From assembly GCF_009914755.1 (NCBI RefSeq), contig NC_060941.1: a stretch of 64,000 bases of DNA; one strand, written 5' to 3'. A model generated the notes under the pieces. The model saw nothing but the letters and a program-made list of their open reading frames with translations, was not told the DNA's origin and made no database searches. The position numbers and the translations under genes are program-made. Of the stretch, positions 14,471 through 29,265 are shown piece after piece (the first letter of the stretch is position 1; each line of letters starts with the position of its first letter). This DNA is from the human T2T-CHM13v2.0 reference genome, Homo sapiens.

Positions 14471-17400
14471 TGGTTAGCATCTTAGAAACTTGAATATATC
14501 TGCTTCTTAGCCTCCCACCCAAATTTCTATGTTGCTTTAGAATCCAGAGGAGAAAATCCGCCCTCTTACATGGCTCAAAGAAATATGCTCACAGAGTGCC
14601 CATTTTTCAGTTTTCTTAGAGTTGTGAGATTTAAACTAAGAGAAATAAGGTACATATATATTTGTGTGTTGCTTAGTGAGAAGTGGTGGGTAGGAATAAT
14701 TTTTCTGTTTTTGCTGAGATCTTATTAGTAACATGGCTAAAAACATTGGCTTTGCAAAATTCTCAGTCAGATTCTTGCTTTTAAATAGAATTAGAGGGGA
14801 AAATTACTATTAGTCTTTTATATGGAAATAACAAAAAACTTAGGAGATAATGTTGATCACATACCCTTTTTTATTATATCTTAGTAACTTATTTAATATT
14901 TTAGAAAGTGGCTTATAAAAAATTTATTGATTTCTACTTAGTATTTCAAATCTAAATTCAGGATGGGAAGGTTTCATGAACTTTCCAGAGACTAGTAACT
15001 TCCTATTCCACTTTCCTGGGCTTGGTATTTTAGTTATTGTATTGTCTACTCATATATTTGACTTTTCACTGTGTTTCATTTTGTCTAAAGCGGGACTCTT
15101 CTCCTCCCAGGGACCAGAGAATTTTCTTCTTGATGTTCTGTTAAAGCCTTGCTAAGCTCTGACTCAGCCTGACTTTAAATCCATAGTTTCATTTTCTAAC
15201 ATTATTAATGATTAATCTTGAAGCACCGAAGAAATGAAATGTGCTAGTAAGTGTCGTTAAAAAACTGAGAGTTTTTCTTCTGTTGTGGACATTTCTTGTC
15301 CATAACAGCTTGAGTTTAACTCGAATCTCATTAGCTCAGCTTAATTTGAGGATGTTCTGAAAAGAGAGAGGGAGAAACAAAGCACGTGGTCATCCCAAAT
15401 GCTAATATCAGAGACTCTCTTTTAAAGCTACTAGGTCCACGCTTCTATGAAGAAAGCAGGTATCCATGTTGTTGATGCTCCCTAGAGAGAGCCTCAGACA
15501 CATTTTGTTCCCAAACAGAATTAGAAGGAAAAGGTCTGCTTAGCTGTCTTTTCCTGTTTAAAATACAGCTGCCCCTGCAGTAGAGCCCTTGTCAGCTCGC
15601 TGGTGCTCTCTGCAAACTTGCAGTGCAAGTCTATGATATAAGTGGTGTAGAGTGGTTTTGTTGCTAAGAGAAAAGTGCTAAAAAGGAAAAAAAAAAAAAA
15701 GGAGGGCCTATATCTCTTGTGTAGCTCAGATCCTTTGGGTATTTAATGTACAGTTTCAGCAAAAGACACTCAGAATTATACCTCTGGTTGGTTCAAAATT
15801 GCTTAAATGTTGAAACATATGGTCTCATGTTCCATTTGTTAGCAAACAACCAGCTGTTCTCAGCCTGCCAAATCCAAGTAAACATCCACTGTGTGGAAGA
15901 GTGAATCTGAAATGGTTCAGTAAAAACATAAAAGCTGTTTTTGCTGAAGAAGAAGAAAAAAAAAAGGCCACCCCGAAACAACAGCTAGTGAAAAAAAAAA
16001 AAAATCTTGTTCTGATAACGTCTTTTCCCTGGCTTGCTTACAGTGGACTGTGGAGTAGGAATGACTCTAGAGCCGTTTCAATTTAAAAACATTTGTAGGC
16101 AAACTTGCTGTCCTCTTCTGTTGCTGAAAATCGTGATTGTCTTGGTTACAGTGATTATTTTAATAAAATGCAATTATCTGAATAATTAATGTATTTGACT
16201 ACTCTACTGTGTCCTCCATTCACAGAGGCCAAAATGTCAAAGATCAAGTAGATTGGGAGAATAGGAAAATTCTCATTATAAAGGCAAGGGGAGGAGGGAA
16301 AGGATGAAATATTTGGAATTTCAGTCCAGTGGTTTCTATTTATCCGAAATGTCAAGGGCAGTGTAAAATGTATTTTTAAAATGTGTTTCTGTATGGTTTG
16401 TGCCCATTCTTGGCGTGGCTGTGGCTGTACAGAGACCATTGTTCTTTGAGGAATATGAGGGGGTGTCTTTGTCCAAAGTGACAAAAAGAAGACTTGGAAG
16501 ACTGGGCTTCCTTTGTTCCTGTGCGGTGCTGTAAAATTTGGTTTGAAATTAGGACCTCAGGGAAGGACCTTCAATAGAGAGCTTTCATTTCCTGCCAGCA
16601 TTTTAATCACTCTGGGGTTTAAAGTGGATGGCCGGCCAGCATAATGGCCCTATGTTTAATAGAACAGCTTGTATCTTGAAGGCCAGTTAAGGGATCTGTC
16701 ATCCGCCCAATATTTGTCTTTTCTGTTTCCTGTCCATTTATGAAGATCACCCACCCTTTTAGGTGGCTTCCCTGGATCATTTTGTAGGGGAGCTGCTGCC
16801 ACTGCTTCTTAAAGAGGCTGAACAGAAACCCAGTTGAATGTGGTCCAGTCTTCAGCCCACGCAGGGAAGTTCTGCAGAGTGCTTTAATTAGACACGAAGT
16901 TCACCACATTTGGGAGTTGATTCCATCAGTTGTAGAGGGACTGTGTCAGATTTCACAAAAAATATAGAATTGGAAGAAGATTAAAATTTATCCATATCTC
17001 AGAATTATTGGCACCTATTGACCTGATATGTGCTCACATCATCACTGTGGTGGATGTTAATGTCATCCTGTCATGCACAGGAGTAACTTATCTCCTGAGG
17101 GGTGAAGTAACCTGGTGGGTTTGATCCTGTTGTATACAAAGGAAATTCACAATTTTTCTAATACAGTGGCTTGTTAACTCTGAAGGCAGGCTTCCTTTGG
17201 AACCCTTTAGAAATTTACCTTTATAGTTTATGAGATGATATCCAGAACTCCTAAAGGAGTAAATATTGGAGACAAGACTTGAAAGAGAGAGCCAGCAGTA
17301 AGAAGTAAGGGTTCTGAATTTCTTTCCCAGCTCATGCCTAGTGGGTAAGAGTAAGATAACATCAGTAAAAGCCTGAGATTCACTAAGTTTTCATGTAGGA

Positions 17401-19034
17401 ACTGTCACTGAAATTGCTCTGTGACCAGGTGCTAAGAATGGCCTTGTGTTGTCAGTAATAGTGAACTGCTTGGCAGAGGTAATTTTAGAGGTAACTATTA
17501 AATAGGATCACAAAGTGTTTCCCTAACTGAGTAATAACATACATGAATGAGGGGAGAGAAGGAAGGGACCTTTTCAACTACGAGCACACTCTCTATCCCA
17601 TCTCATAGCCAGTTGTGCTGCAGACAGACAAAACCAGAGAAGCCGCTTTTCACGGACATTTTTCTTTTTTGCAGATACCTAGGGGTTATCATGGGGAAAC
17701 AAAGGCATGTATAAACCTCATTCAGCAGTCTTTTCAGATAGAGTCTGAAAAGAGTCTATCACCAATCTATCTGAGGTCAGCTTAATCCATACCCACAGAG
17801 ATGATGAGCCAAAGGCTTCCCTAAGCTAGGGTCCCATAGTCTTCCCCAAGCTAGGGTCCCAGCGCTGGGTGGGGGACAGGAGAAAAGGCCTGAGGCACGG
17901 GGGAGAAAAGGCAGTTGCAGATAGTAATGTTTGGAGGCATGCTCAGTTATTCAGAAGAAATGGAATGACGTTAAAATTCTCCCAAAAAAGGTTGGAACCA
18001 CCTCTGCTTCCCTTTCCCCACTCTGTAATCAGTAATCATTGTCTGGTGTGTTCAGATGATAATCCAGTTGGCCACCAAGGGGTTGTGCTTCCTTACTGAC
18101 TGTATTTGTGATCTGTAAGACTTTTCAAACACAGGTTTAAACATCCAGAGACTCCAGCCTCTTTGACAGTCATTCTCCCACTGTGTCCCTTTTGACTTCT
18201 TTTGTCATGTCTCTAGTGCAGATTTCCCAGCTGCCCAATTTGAGCCCTTTTGAGTTGACCTCCCTTGGATGAGTAGCTCTTTGAAAGCTGATTTAAAGTG
18301 AGTGTTGCTCCACCTAAGAGCTGTTGGCTGAAAAAAGCACTATCTACAACAGCAGAGGTGGCCGAGAAAGGCAGACAGGCTCTCCTGAGGCTGGTGTTGC
18401 AGATTTGCATTGGTCTAGTAGGAATTATGCATCATTAGACTGAACTTCTTATGTTTGCATCCAGGTCATTTCTCCATTAAAAAAAAAAAAAAAATGCCAC
18501 TGACATTACAGCCAAGGAACCATCATTGTACTTACACCAGTCTGTTCCCACACATGAAGTGTTATGCTTCAAATAACCGCTCAACAGCTCATCTGAAGGT
18601 CCAGAGTATGTTTACTGGGTAAAATATTTCAGGCATAGACTTGGAGAGCAAGCTGCCCACCAGGGCAGGGCCTTAGCATAAAGTTAATATCGTCAAAGAT
18701 CTGACTATAATCCATTTCATTCACTGTTGCAGTTTGCTGTGTGGGTGTTTCTACAATGTGGGAAACTTGTTTCATTGAAGAGTCTGAATATTTTGTAAGG
18801 ATGTGAAGAGTTGCAAATAATCTTTTCTGTAAGGCTATGAGGAGAAACAAAGCAGCTAATGTTAGAAAGAACTGGTACACGATTGTTTTCTGTCATTTGT
18901 AAAACAAAATAGGAATATTCTGGTCTTTACAGATTTATATCCTCAACTTGTTGCTCCTTAAGGATTATACAAAAAGCATACCTATGAAAAGATCTGTTCT
19001 ACTGGAAGGATATCCTATTTTGAAGCTCAAATAG

Positions 19035-19210
19035 TTTTATTTTTATTTACGTATTTATTTTCAGAAATAGCGTCTCCGTCTGTCACCCAGGCTGGAGTGC
19101 AGCAGTGTAATCATAGCTCACTGCAGCCTCGAACTCCTGGGCTGAAGTGATCCTCCATCCTCAGCCTCCCAAAGCACTGAGATAACTAGTGAGGGCCACC
19201 ACGCCCAGCC
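19035..19210 (-). mobile_element. Monomeric Alu (FRAM-like)
   Basis: Single ~175-bp monomer with right-arm insert; TSD ttgaagctcaaata at 19020-19033 and 19211-19224. Confidence 0.8.
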
Positions 19211-19349
19211 TTGAAGCTCAAATAATTTTAAAATATAAGATGATATATGTAATAAAGCATAATTCTTTGTCTATAGAAAATGTGTCTGTATGTTCAAAAG
19301 GCTACCTAAATTTTGTTATATTAACGAAAGAAAAGGTATGGAATAAAGT

Positions 19350-19445
19350 GTATATATATATATATATAAACTATATTGTATATTTGCAATATAGTAAAAA
19401 TAACATATACATGTATAAAGATATATACATATAAACATATAAATA
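19350..19445. repeat. (TA)n / AT-rich low-complexity tract
   Basis: gtatatatatatatatataaac...tatatacatataaacatataaatat. Confidence 0.8.
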
Positions 19446-19927
19446 TTTCTGTGTATTCAAGTCAGTAGAGTTACCCAAGATGCCTTCATTTTTGCCTTTA
19501 GGCAGTGAGACTATGCTAGCCTTAACTGAAACTTTATTAGATTCAGTGGTGCTAGTTTCCAATTTCTATTTCTCAGCTTCTCTTTGGAATCACAATTCAT
19601 TAGAATCATTCATTAGAAAATGAATTGGCCTTTGTGGATACCCCATTCTTAGACTATAGCATTTGGTTAGCATCGTTCCTGTGGGCTCCCTTTGGAAAAT
19701 TTGCCTGTATCTATATGAGTCCCAAGTCCTTCCTTTCAAAAGCCTTTGCTTATACTTTATCCCTTATTCAGTTAATACCTTTTTCATTATATTGTACATA
19801 AGTGCTTTTATGTTTTAGATTTGAATCCCAACTAGATAGTTTGGGATAGTTCTTTGGGGCAGGACCCATGTCACACTTTTTCTGTATTCCTCAGAACCAA
19901 GCACACTATTTAGCATGTAGGTGTTAG

Positions 19928-20275
<348 letters not shown>

Positions 20276-20893
20276 TATTCATATATTTTTATATGAAAAA
20301 AGTAAGGCATGAAAAGAGTCTTATTATTTGTTTAGTTGACAGGAAATTTAAAGAAAAAGTATTGCTATAACCATCCTACTTCAAATTCCTAGAATAATCT
20401 TTCCCACTCCTTTCATTTTAGCTCTTCTCTCTTCCTGACCTATAACTGTCTTTAATGGTCTTATATTTGCATGTTTTTTTAAGTAGTGAAAGAAGGTTGG
20501 AGGAGGACTGTACAGATGGATAGATGTACATTTAACTGCAGAGACTGGATTAGAACACACACATTCAGAATTTTCTGGATGTGGTTTAGTATATCATGAT
20601 TACCAAATCACAGCTCCCAACATGTGATTATAAGGGTAGCAGGCAGGAAAGAATTTAATGAAATCTTGAACTTTGCCTTCTGCCCTTTTGTATTTGTCCC
20701 AGGGTAGCAGAGAAGAGACTATAGAAATGTAGTGCAGAGGGAAGACAAGTGAGGAATTATGGCAGCCAAATGTCTCCCAAAGTGAAAGACAAGAAAAATG
20801 GGGGCTTCACTGCACAGTAGGCTGGAGATTCTACCTAACCTCACAGGACTCCTAGCATGGCTGGTTTCAAAACTCGTTTGAGCTATAGGAATA

Positions 20894-21203
<310 letters not shown>

Positions 21204-21210
21204 TATTTTA

Positions 21211-21536
<326 letters not shown>

Positions 21537-22570
21537 TTAATGAACTATAGGGATATTTTGATGGACTGTTCTTTGGAATTAACAGGTCCACAAGCCAGTG
21601 GCTTTTCTGGAAATTACTGAAAGCTAATTCTTCAGAAGAGTATGTTCTAGCTAAGGGTGTACTATAAAGGTGGTAACCAGTAGCTAGCAATAACAAGCTT
21701 GTTGTTGGTTTCACTGCAGAAAATTTACCACTTGCATGTACTTACTGCATTGGTTTACCCTCAAGAAAAAGAAATACAGCCTCTATATACCTCTTACACC
21801 CACTAGATAGAACTAATCAGGATCTCTTTTGATCACTGGAGCAGATAAGCAGGAAATATAACTAACCAAGATTAATTTCACATATTATCTATTATTATAG
21901 TTTTTCCTAATCTACCCCTTGACTTAATCTAATTATTTTCAGTTCAGGGAGCTTCCTGAAAATGGAGGACAAGGATACATTTCACCTATGTCTTATGCTT
22001 TAACTCTTTTTAGAGAGGAGAACAAATCTCTTTTGAAATTCATTTGTTAAAGAAAATATTTCAGAGTCACTAGCAAAAGAAAACTACTTTCTTAGTTGAT
22101 TCTTTTTGCTCTGGATGGAGAATCTAGAGATCTGGGGTTTTACTCATCACTGTCAGTAACTAGCTCTCTGTCCTTCTGACACTTCACCTCTCTGTTCTTC
22201 AGTTTTGTATTTTGTGAAGCATCTACACTAGATGATTCCTGTCCTCCCTCTAGATTTGTAGTAATTCTATGATATATTACTTGAAGAACAGAGGCAACAT
22301 TTAAATGTAAATTTCCAAACACCTGCATTCCAACATCTCCATAAAGTGCGAACCAAGATACATTATGCCACTGACTATAAAATACAGAGGAACATACTTT
22401 TTAAGCCACTTAAGCTCAAACTAAAATTGTTAGAATTTAAAGAAGTGTGGAAGGTTAACATTAACCTCTCCCAATTTCCATCTCTTTTCACATTTACCTC
22501 CTTAATTTGCTAACCCCTCAGTTCTTGATATCCAGGCTCCATTAAATGTGAACACTAACGTCTCTTAGTG

Positions 22571-22709
22571 CAGTAGTTCTCAACCTTGACTATATATTAG
22601 AATTCCTTGGAGACCTTTTAAAAATTCCAGTTGAAGTTGGAGCTTAGGCATCAGTATTTTTCAGACTCCCTGAGTAATTCTAGTGTACAGCCAGATTTGA
22701 AAACCTTTG
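22571..22709. mobile_element. MER5-family hAT-Charlie MITE
   Basis: cagtagttctcaaccttgac...ggcatcagtattttt...ctccctgagtaattctagtgtacagccagatttgaaaacc. Confidence 0.75.
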
Positions 22710-23323
22710 TCTTAGTCAGATCTCTGTGCTTTTCAGGATATAATAGGTAAATCCACTTTTCTAGTATATTCAAATATATATTTTGGTTGGTTCTCCCAGT
22801 AGTAGATCGCTGATATTTCAGAACACTCTGCTGAATATTTTATTGAAATTTTATTTTATTGAATTTTATTGCATAGATTTTATTCCATACTAATTTCCTG
22901 ATAGTCATATCACTTCCTTTGGAGAGATAGCACTGTTTCAGATTAGGGGGCCCAATGTGAATTTTCTATTCCCATTTCCTAAGATTAAATTTTAAGCTAG
23001 CAGGGAGATTCCTTAAAGTATCATGGGATGTCCAGAAGTTCAGGACGGCCTGAGACAGATGAGTGGATTTAGAGTGGTGTTGATGTGCGTTTGTTTATAA
23101 CACAAGATGCCCCTAGTGGGATTATATCACCATTTTGTCAGATTTTTCTTAAGTCTACAAGGTACTGAAGGGGAAGCTTTTTTCTTTCAGCAGTTGGCTC
23201 TAGCTAAACCAGAAGTATAAAGTAAAAACACTTAACAGCTCAAATCGACATATCAAATTGAAACGTGTAGGATTATAGTATGTATCATTGTACCTATGAA
23301 CTAAGCAAGTCAATAAGTATGTG

Positions 23324-23643
23324 TTTATTTTATTTTATTTTATTTTATTTTATTTATTTATTTTTGAGTTGGAGTCTTGCTCTGTCGCCCAGGCTGAAGT
23401 GCAATGGCAATCTCGGCTCACTGCAACCTCCATCTCCCGGGTTCAAGCGATTCTCCTGCCTCAGCCTCCTGAGTAGCTGGGATTACAGGCACCCGCCACC
23501 ACGCCCAGCTAATTTTTGTATTTTTAGTAGAGACGGGGTTTCACCATGTTAGTCAGGCTGGTCTTGAACTCCTGACCTCAGGATCCACCCACCTCAGCCT
23601 CCCAAAGTGCTGGGATTACAGGCATGAGCCACCGTGCCCAGCC
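23324..23643 (-). mobile_element. Full-length AluSx-like with (TTTTA)n tail
   Basis: Both arms; degenerate TSD tat(g/a)tgtt(t/g)atttta. Confidence 0.92.
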
Positions 23644-23801
23644 TATATGTTGATTTTATGTGACATGAGATGATTTTCAAATAGACTATTAAAATGCAGG
23701 ATTTAAATGTGCATCTGCTTGAATCTAAATACCTTCATATAGGTAGTCAATCTGCAAAGTTGTTTGCCTACCATGTGTAGTTTCAAGTTAGCACTAGTTT
23801 T

Positions 23802-24161
<360 letters not shown>

Positions 24162-25562
24162 CTAGGTTCCTGAAAAGAATAGATTATTTCCCCAGCTGGA
24201 TGATTTCCAGTCCTTACAATGGTTTGGAAGCATTTGGTAGGCATATAATGGCCCCACAATCGTTTTGGCTTAGTTTGGCTTGCCCCAGTAATGTAAATTA
24301 TAGGAAATCTTTCTTGAACAAGATAAACAGGAACTAAGAGCAGAAATGCTTTCCCCCACCCACCTCCCCTCATGGTTATTTGGAGCTATTAAAGGAGTGG
24401 GCAAATAAATGAAGGGCATATTCCCAGGACCTAGACACTCCAAAAGTCTGCATTTTTATCCTGTTAGGTTTTCCAGACCTGATATCATTAGGCAGCTTCC
24501 TCTGACTAGTTGATTTTCTTGAGAAACATTATTCTTGATCCCGTAACATCCCACACTGCTTTGCTTCTACTCCTCTAAGCCTTTTTTCCCCTCCCTTATT
24601 AAAAGTAATTTTTTACAGAAATTCCTAGCGCCAAGCACAAAATAAACTAGAAAAGCGTCGGACTTCTCTGTAACAACAGTCTTGGTGGCTGACTTTGTTG
24701 CTCCTGTGAGAGGCCTTCATGCTTTTGAATGAGTTCTGTTACAACAGATCACTGATAATTTAGTGGACTGGTTACCACCAGAATCCTTGGGATTATCTGA
24801 CCTTCTCCAAGTAGCTCTCCATTTCAGTATTGCTATGTTTACCATCTGGTTATTGTATCACAATCTCAATCCAGCCAGAACAAGAAGAACTGAGATGGTT
24901 AAAGGAAAGACTCCTAAATGTTGGGTCATGAGAGATTAAATTGGGCATCTTACAACTTGTTCCTCCTGGAGCTGACTACACTGACTTTCTCAGTCTGAAG
25001 TCCCCTCTCTACTGCCGCATTCCAAGGCTGCTGTGAGCCCATTATCACAGTGAGTAGTAGCATCCAAAGGTTAGGTAATGCCCCTTTTCCTAGCCGAAAG
25101 ACTGAAGACCGAATTCTCCTAAGATTGTTGGGCTTACCTTAAATTCTTCTATTAAAATGGAAAATGCCCAAACCCCAGTCTGTCTGTCCTTAGAGCCAGG
25201 AAAAAGGACTCTGAGACGTACATGCTGTTGGCATCAGTTAAATTTCATGTTCCTAGAGGTCCTACAATCCTGTATGTAAAGCTACAGTGAGTAATTGCAA
25301 CTGCATTATAATTATTTTGGTAATGACTCCCTTCCTCTCACCAAGAGGCACAGGGATGGATCTGCACAGTTGCCTGCTATGAACATTGTGGTTCAAGTAG
25401 CTGATATTTGTTGTTTAGGCAAGCAAGACATCCAGCTGATGGGCTGAACATCTCCATTCCATCCTGCTGTTTAGTTTTGTGATTAAATAGCCACTTACTC
25501 ATTTCCTGTATTGTCACATAACTTTTCAGTTCTCAGTTTGCTATGAGGACAGAGACTTAGCT

Positions 25563-25674
25563 AGGGTTACTGCAGGTCCACATTTGCCTAGGTCCCAGCT
25601 TTACTTGTACCAGTTTAATTATCATTGCCGCTTATGTCACCCAAAAGTGTACCAGTTTGGATGATAGTCACCTT
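25563..25674 (+). mobile_element. MER94-like hAT-Blackjack MITE
   Basis: Terminal inverted repeats agggttac / gtcacctt; internal taattat..caaaagtgtaccagtttggatgata matches recalled MER94. Confidence 0.7.
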
Positions 25675-26815
25675 ATTTATCACCCTACATTAAACATAGG
25701 AGAACCAAAAGAAAGAGCTACTAAATGGAATGATACCAGAATCTGTGCTTCTAAAGTAATTAGAATTAGCCTGTATGTCCCATTGTTTTCAACACAAGTA
25801 GTGTCACTTGAATCCAAAAAAGTGATCTCCCTCCTCATTTTCTGTTTGCTGATAAAGGATGGCTCTCTAGAATTAGGATTCTGCGCTCCGTAACTAATAT
25901 TTTTATAGGAAATATGAAATGAAGTAAAGTCCAAAAGCAAACAGGTCTGTAGCCTTTTTGAGAAGTGTTCACTCTTCTTATGGGGGACGAAGGTGAGTAG
26001 ATGATGGTAAAGTAGGTTGTCCTCTAAACATACAATCTCTGAGAAAGATCCTTGTCCAGAAATCCTGTGTCTCAGTGGTACCCAGCGATACCCTGGAGAG
26101 GAACATTCCAGTGATTCCTTTCTGGGCATATTTCCTAGGGAGTTTTGGGAGTCATGCAGTGATCAGGTTCAGGACTTTTGGGTCAGACTTAACATGAGTC
26201 TTCCTTTCTCACAGGTGGCCCATTGACTTGGTCTCTGTGTGCCCATATTACTGGTGCTGCCAGCTCAGGGAGTTTATGAAATTTTGATGTAGAAATTAGA
26301 TTGTTGCTTATCTTGTACCTTCTTGCTCATAGTATTGACAGTACCACTGAATTGCTTGAGGCAGATAGCATCTCAGCGATCACTGTGCTATTTCAGCTTT
26401 CTGCTGCTGACAACATCAGAAGTGTTTTAACAGGGTTTTAATGGGCAGCCTCTGTAGCTCCTTGGAGGGTTGCAAATAGCTGCCGTGAGAAACCCTCTCT
26501 GCTGCTCTGGGCTGACATGCCCTCTTTTCTCATCCAGCTGCTGCTTGTTTAGATGGCCGCCTTCCTGGTGACAAGCACTTCTTATTTGGGCTGAGCAGTA
26601 CTAGGACTTGAATTCCAGAGATGAGATTGTGTAACATAAAAAAGGAAAGGTCTTTTAAGGACGTTTTTTTCCCATCCTGTTTGGGGTAGGAAAAACAAGG
26701 CAGGTTATGGGGGGAGAGGAGTAGGGCAAGAAAGAGGGTCTAACCAGAAATAAGTTTGCCATTCCCACAACCTTTCAGAGGAAAATTCTGGTGTGCCGTT
26801 AAAACTAAAGTTTTC

Positions 26816-27139
<324 letters not shown>

Positions 27140-27628
27140 TCATTTGATGGAGTCACAATAATCTATTTGGAGAATATCAGGCCCACAGCTTCTATTTTCT
27201 ATTTAATAGCTTGCCCACATTTTAGAGTTTACAGTTAATTAATGCTACTTTGTCAACTTGGTTCCATTATTTGATCTTCAGATTCAACAAAGTAGCCGAA
27301 TTCTCAACTAATGACTTAAAACTTCAAATTTTAGGATTAAACAGAATGGATATCCACTCCACCTGGAATTCTCTTTGCTAAAACAATGAGGTAGTTCAGT
27401 GAGGTAATACAATGACACTACATTGATTTCCCCCCTGTGGCGCCAAAGACAGTTCTTGATCTCTACACCCAGTGACAACAGGGTACTCAAAAGGGAACTA
27501 GTGGTAAGAATGGAAGAAAAAAAAAGTGGCCAAATTAACAAGGTTGTTGGTGTGATACAAGAACTTGGTCTAATCAGGAGGAGCCTCTGAGGAAAAGATG
27601 TCTGTGTTCCACCTAGAAAGTGTAGTTC

Positions 27629-27971
<343 letters not shown>

Positions 27972-28639
27972 TCAGCTGCTATAATTGTTTCTCTACATCA
28001 CTTTCCCTTTCAGGGACATGGAAACAGTAGTTTGCCTGGCTCATTCTAAAGAAGATCTCAGAATACTTCCTTCTAATGTTAGAGAGAAAGAGACTTCCTT
28101 TACTTCAAGCCCTACCTACTTACAATTGGTTTTTATCATTATCACCATCCACAGTGTTGCAGGCTGCCTGAAAAAAATCTCCTATCAGACACTTAAGGCC
28201 ATTTCACAGCTTCCTCTTCCCAAACCACATTGATAGCACTGGGTTATCATCTGTCCTTTAGAGATTTAAGATTCTTAACTTCTTGTCACCAGCAGAGGCA
28301 TGACTTTAGCTATTAAGGGATAAATCTGATTATCACGATTGGAAGAAAAAGCCAGTACACCTCTGGGACACATTATGGCATGGATCCTTGGGAAGGCCCA
28401 AGTCTGTTTCCCCTTCACTTTCTTAGAGCTGGGCTTCTCTCCTAAAGCTGCTGTTGCTGTGTGCTCTTGGGACTGTTACCCCAACCAAGATCCTAAAAAA
28501 AGGCTTAGATGTGCCTGTGGTTGGGGTGCTCTGCAAGGCACCAAAAAAAGAAACCTGCAGAAGGCTACATACCATGAAGGAAAAAACCACAAGAATGTGG
28601 GCTACAGGAGAGTATGATGTGAAAAGCATAAACCCTAGC

Positions 28640-28845
28640 GTTACCCGGAATGCTAACCACCTCACTAACTAGGAAATGGGTTTGCCTGCCTCTGCCACAG
28701 TTTCCTCATTTGTAAAATGAAAATTACATTGAGAATTCTAACTTACGTCATAAGTTTGTTGGGGATTAAATAAGATAATGCAGTATGGCACAGTACCTGG
28801 CACACGGTGACGTGCTTAACAGGGGCTGATATTACTATTACTATT
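28640..28845 (+). mobile_element. MIR
   Basis: cagtttcctcatttgtaaaatg..ggattaaataagataatgca..gcacagtacctggcaca. Confidence 0.75.
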
Positions 28846-29149
28846 AAGAATACATACCTGCTGCTCACTAAGTGTACATATGATCCCTCTGTGTGTTCAA
28901 AGTGCATAATTTTAGGGAATTTGTTAACAGTCATGCCGACATAGATACAAATATAGAGAACATATAGTGGCAGAATAAATAAGCCAAGATATGAAATAAT
29001 AGTGGGGAACTGTAAAGAAATGATAAAAATAAGGACTCAGCTTAAACCTTTGAAAGAAAGGGCCTCCATAGGCTTGTCAAACCATAGACTTCAATTTTGA
29101 AAACCTCTGTTCTCTTTTACAGTCGAAAAGCAAGAAACTTCGGCTTGAC

Positions 29150-29265
29150 TAATGAGTATGGTCTTGGTGTGGTCCTTCCTTTCTGGAGGCCTCAGTTTTC
29201 TCTGGAAACTGGGAGAGGTGGAGTAGATGGTCTCCAAGGTAGCTTGTGGTCTAAAATTCTGTAAG
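29150..29265 (+). mobile_element. MIR/MIR3 fragment
   Basis: ggcctcagttttctc..gtggagtagatggtctccaaggt..ctaaaattctg. Confidence 0.6.

Noticed and set aside
25680-26129. Longest ORF (149 aa, minus strand, ATG start, hydrophobic C-terminus)
   Set aside because: No recognisable domain; a rough estimate gives about one such open frame by chance in six frames of 64 kb. PhyloCSF or Ribo-seq would be needed to revive it
27428-27447. CTCF-like ttcccccctgtggcgcc
   Set aside because: Requires a gap or mismatches in the core consensus
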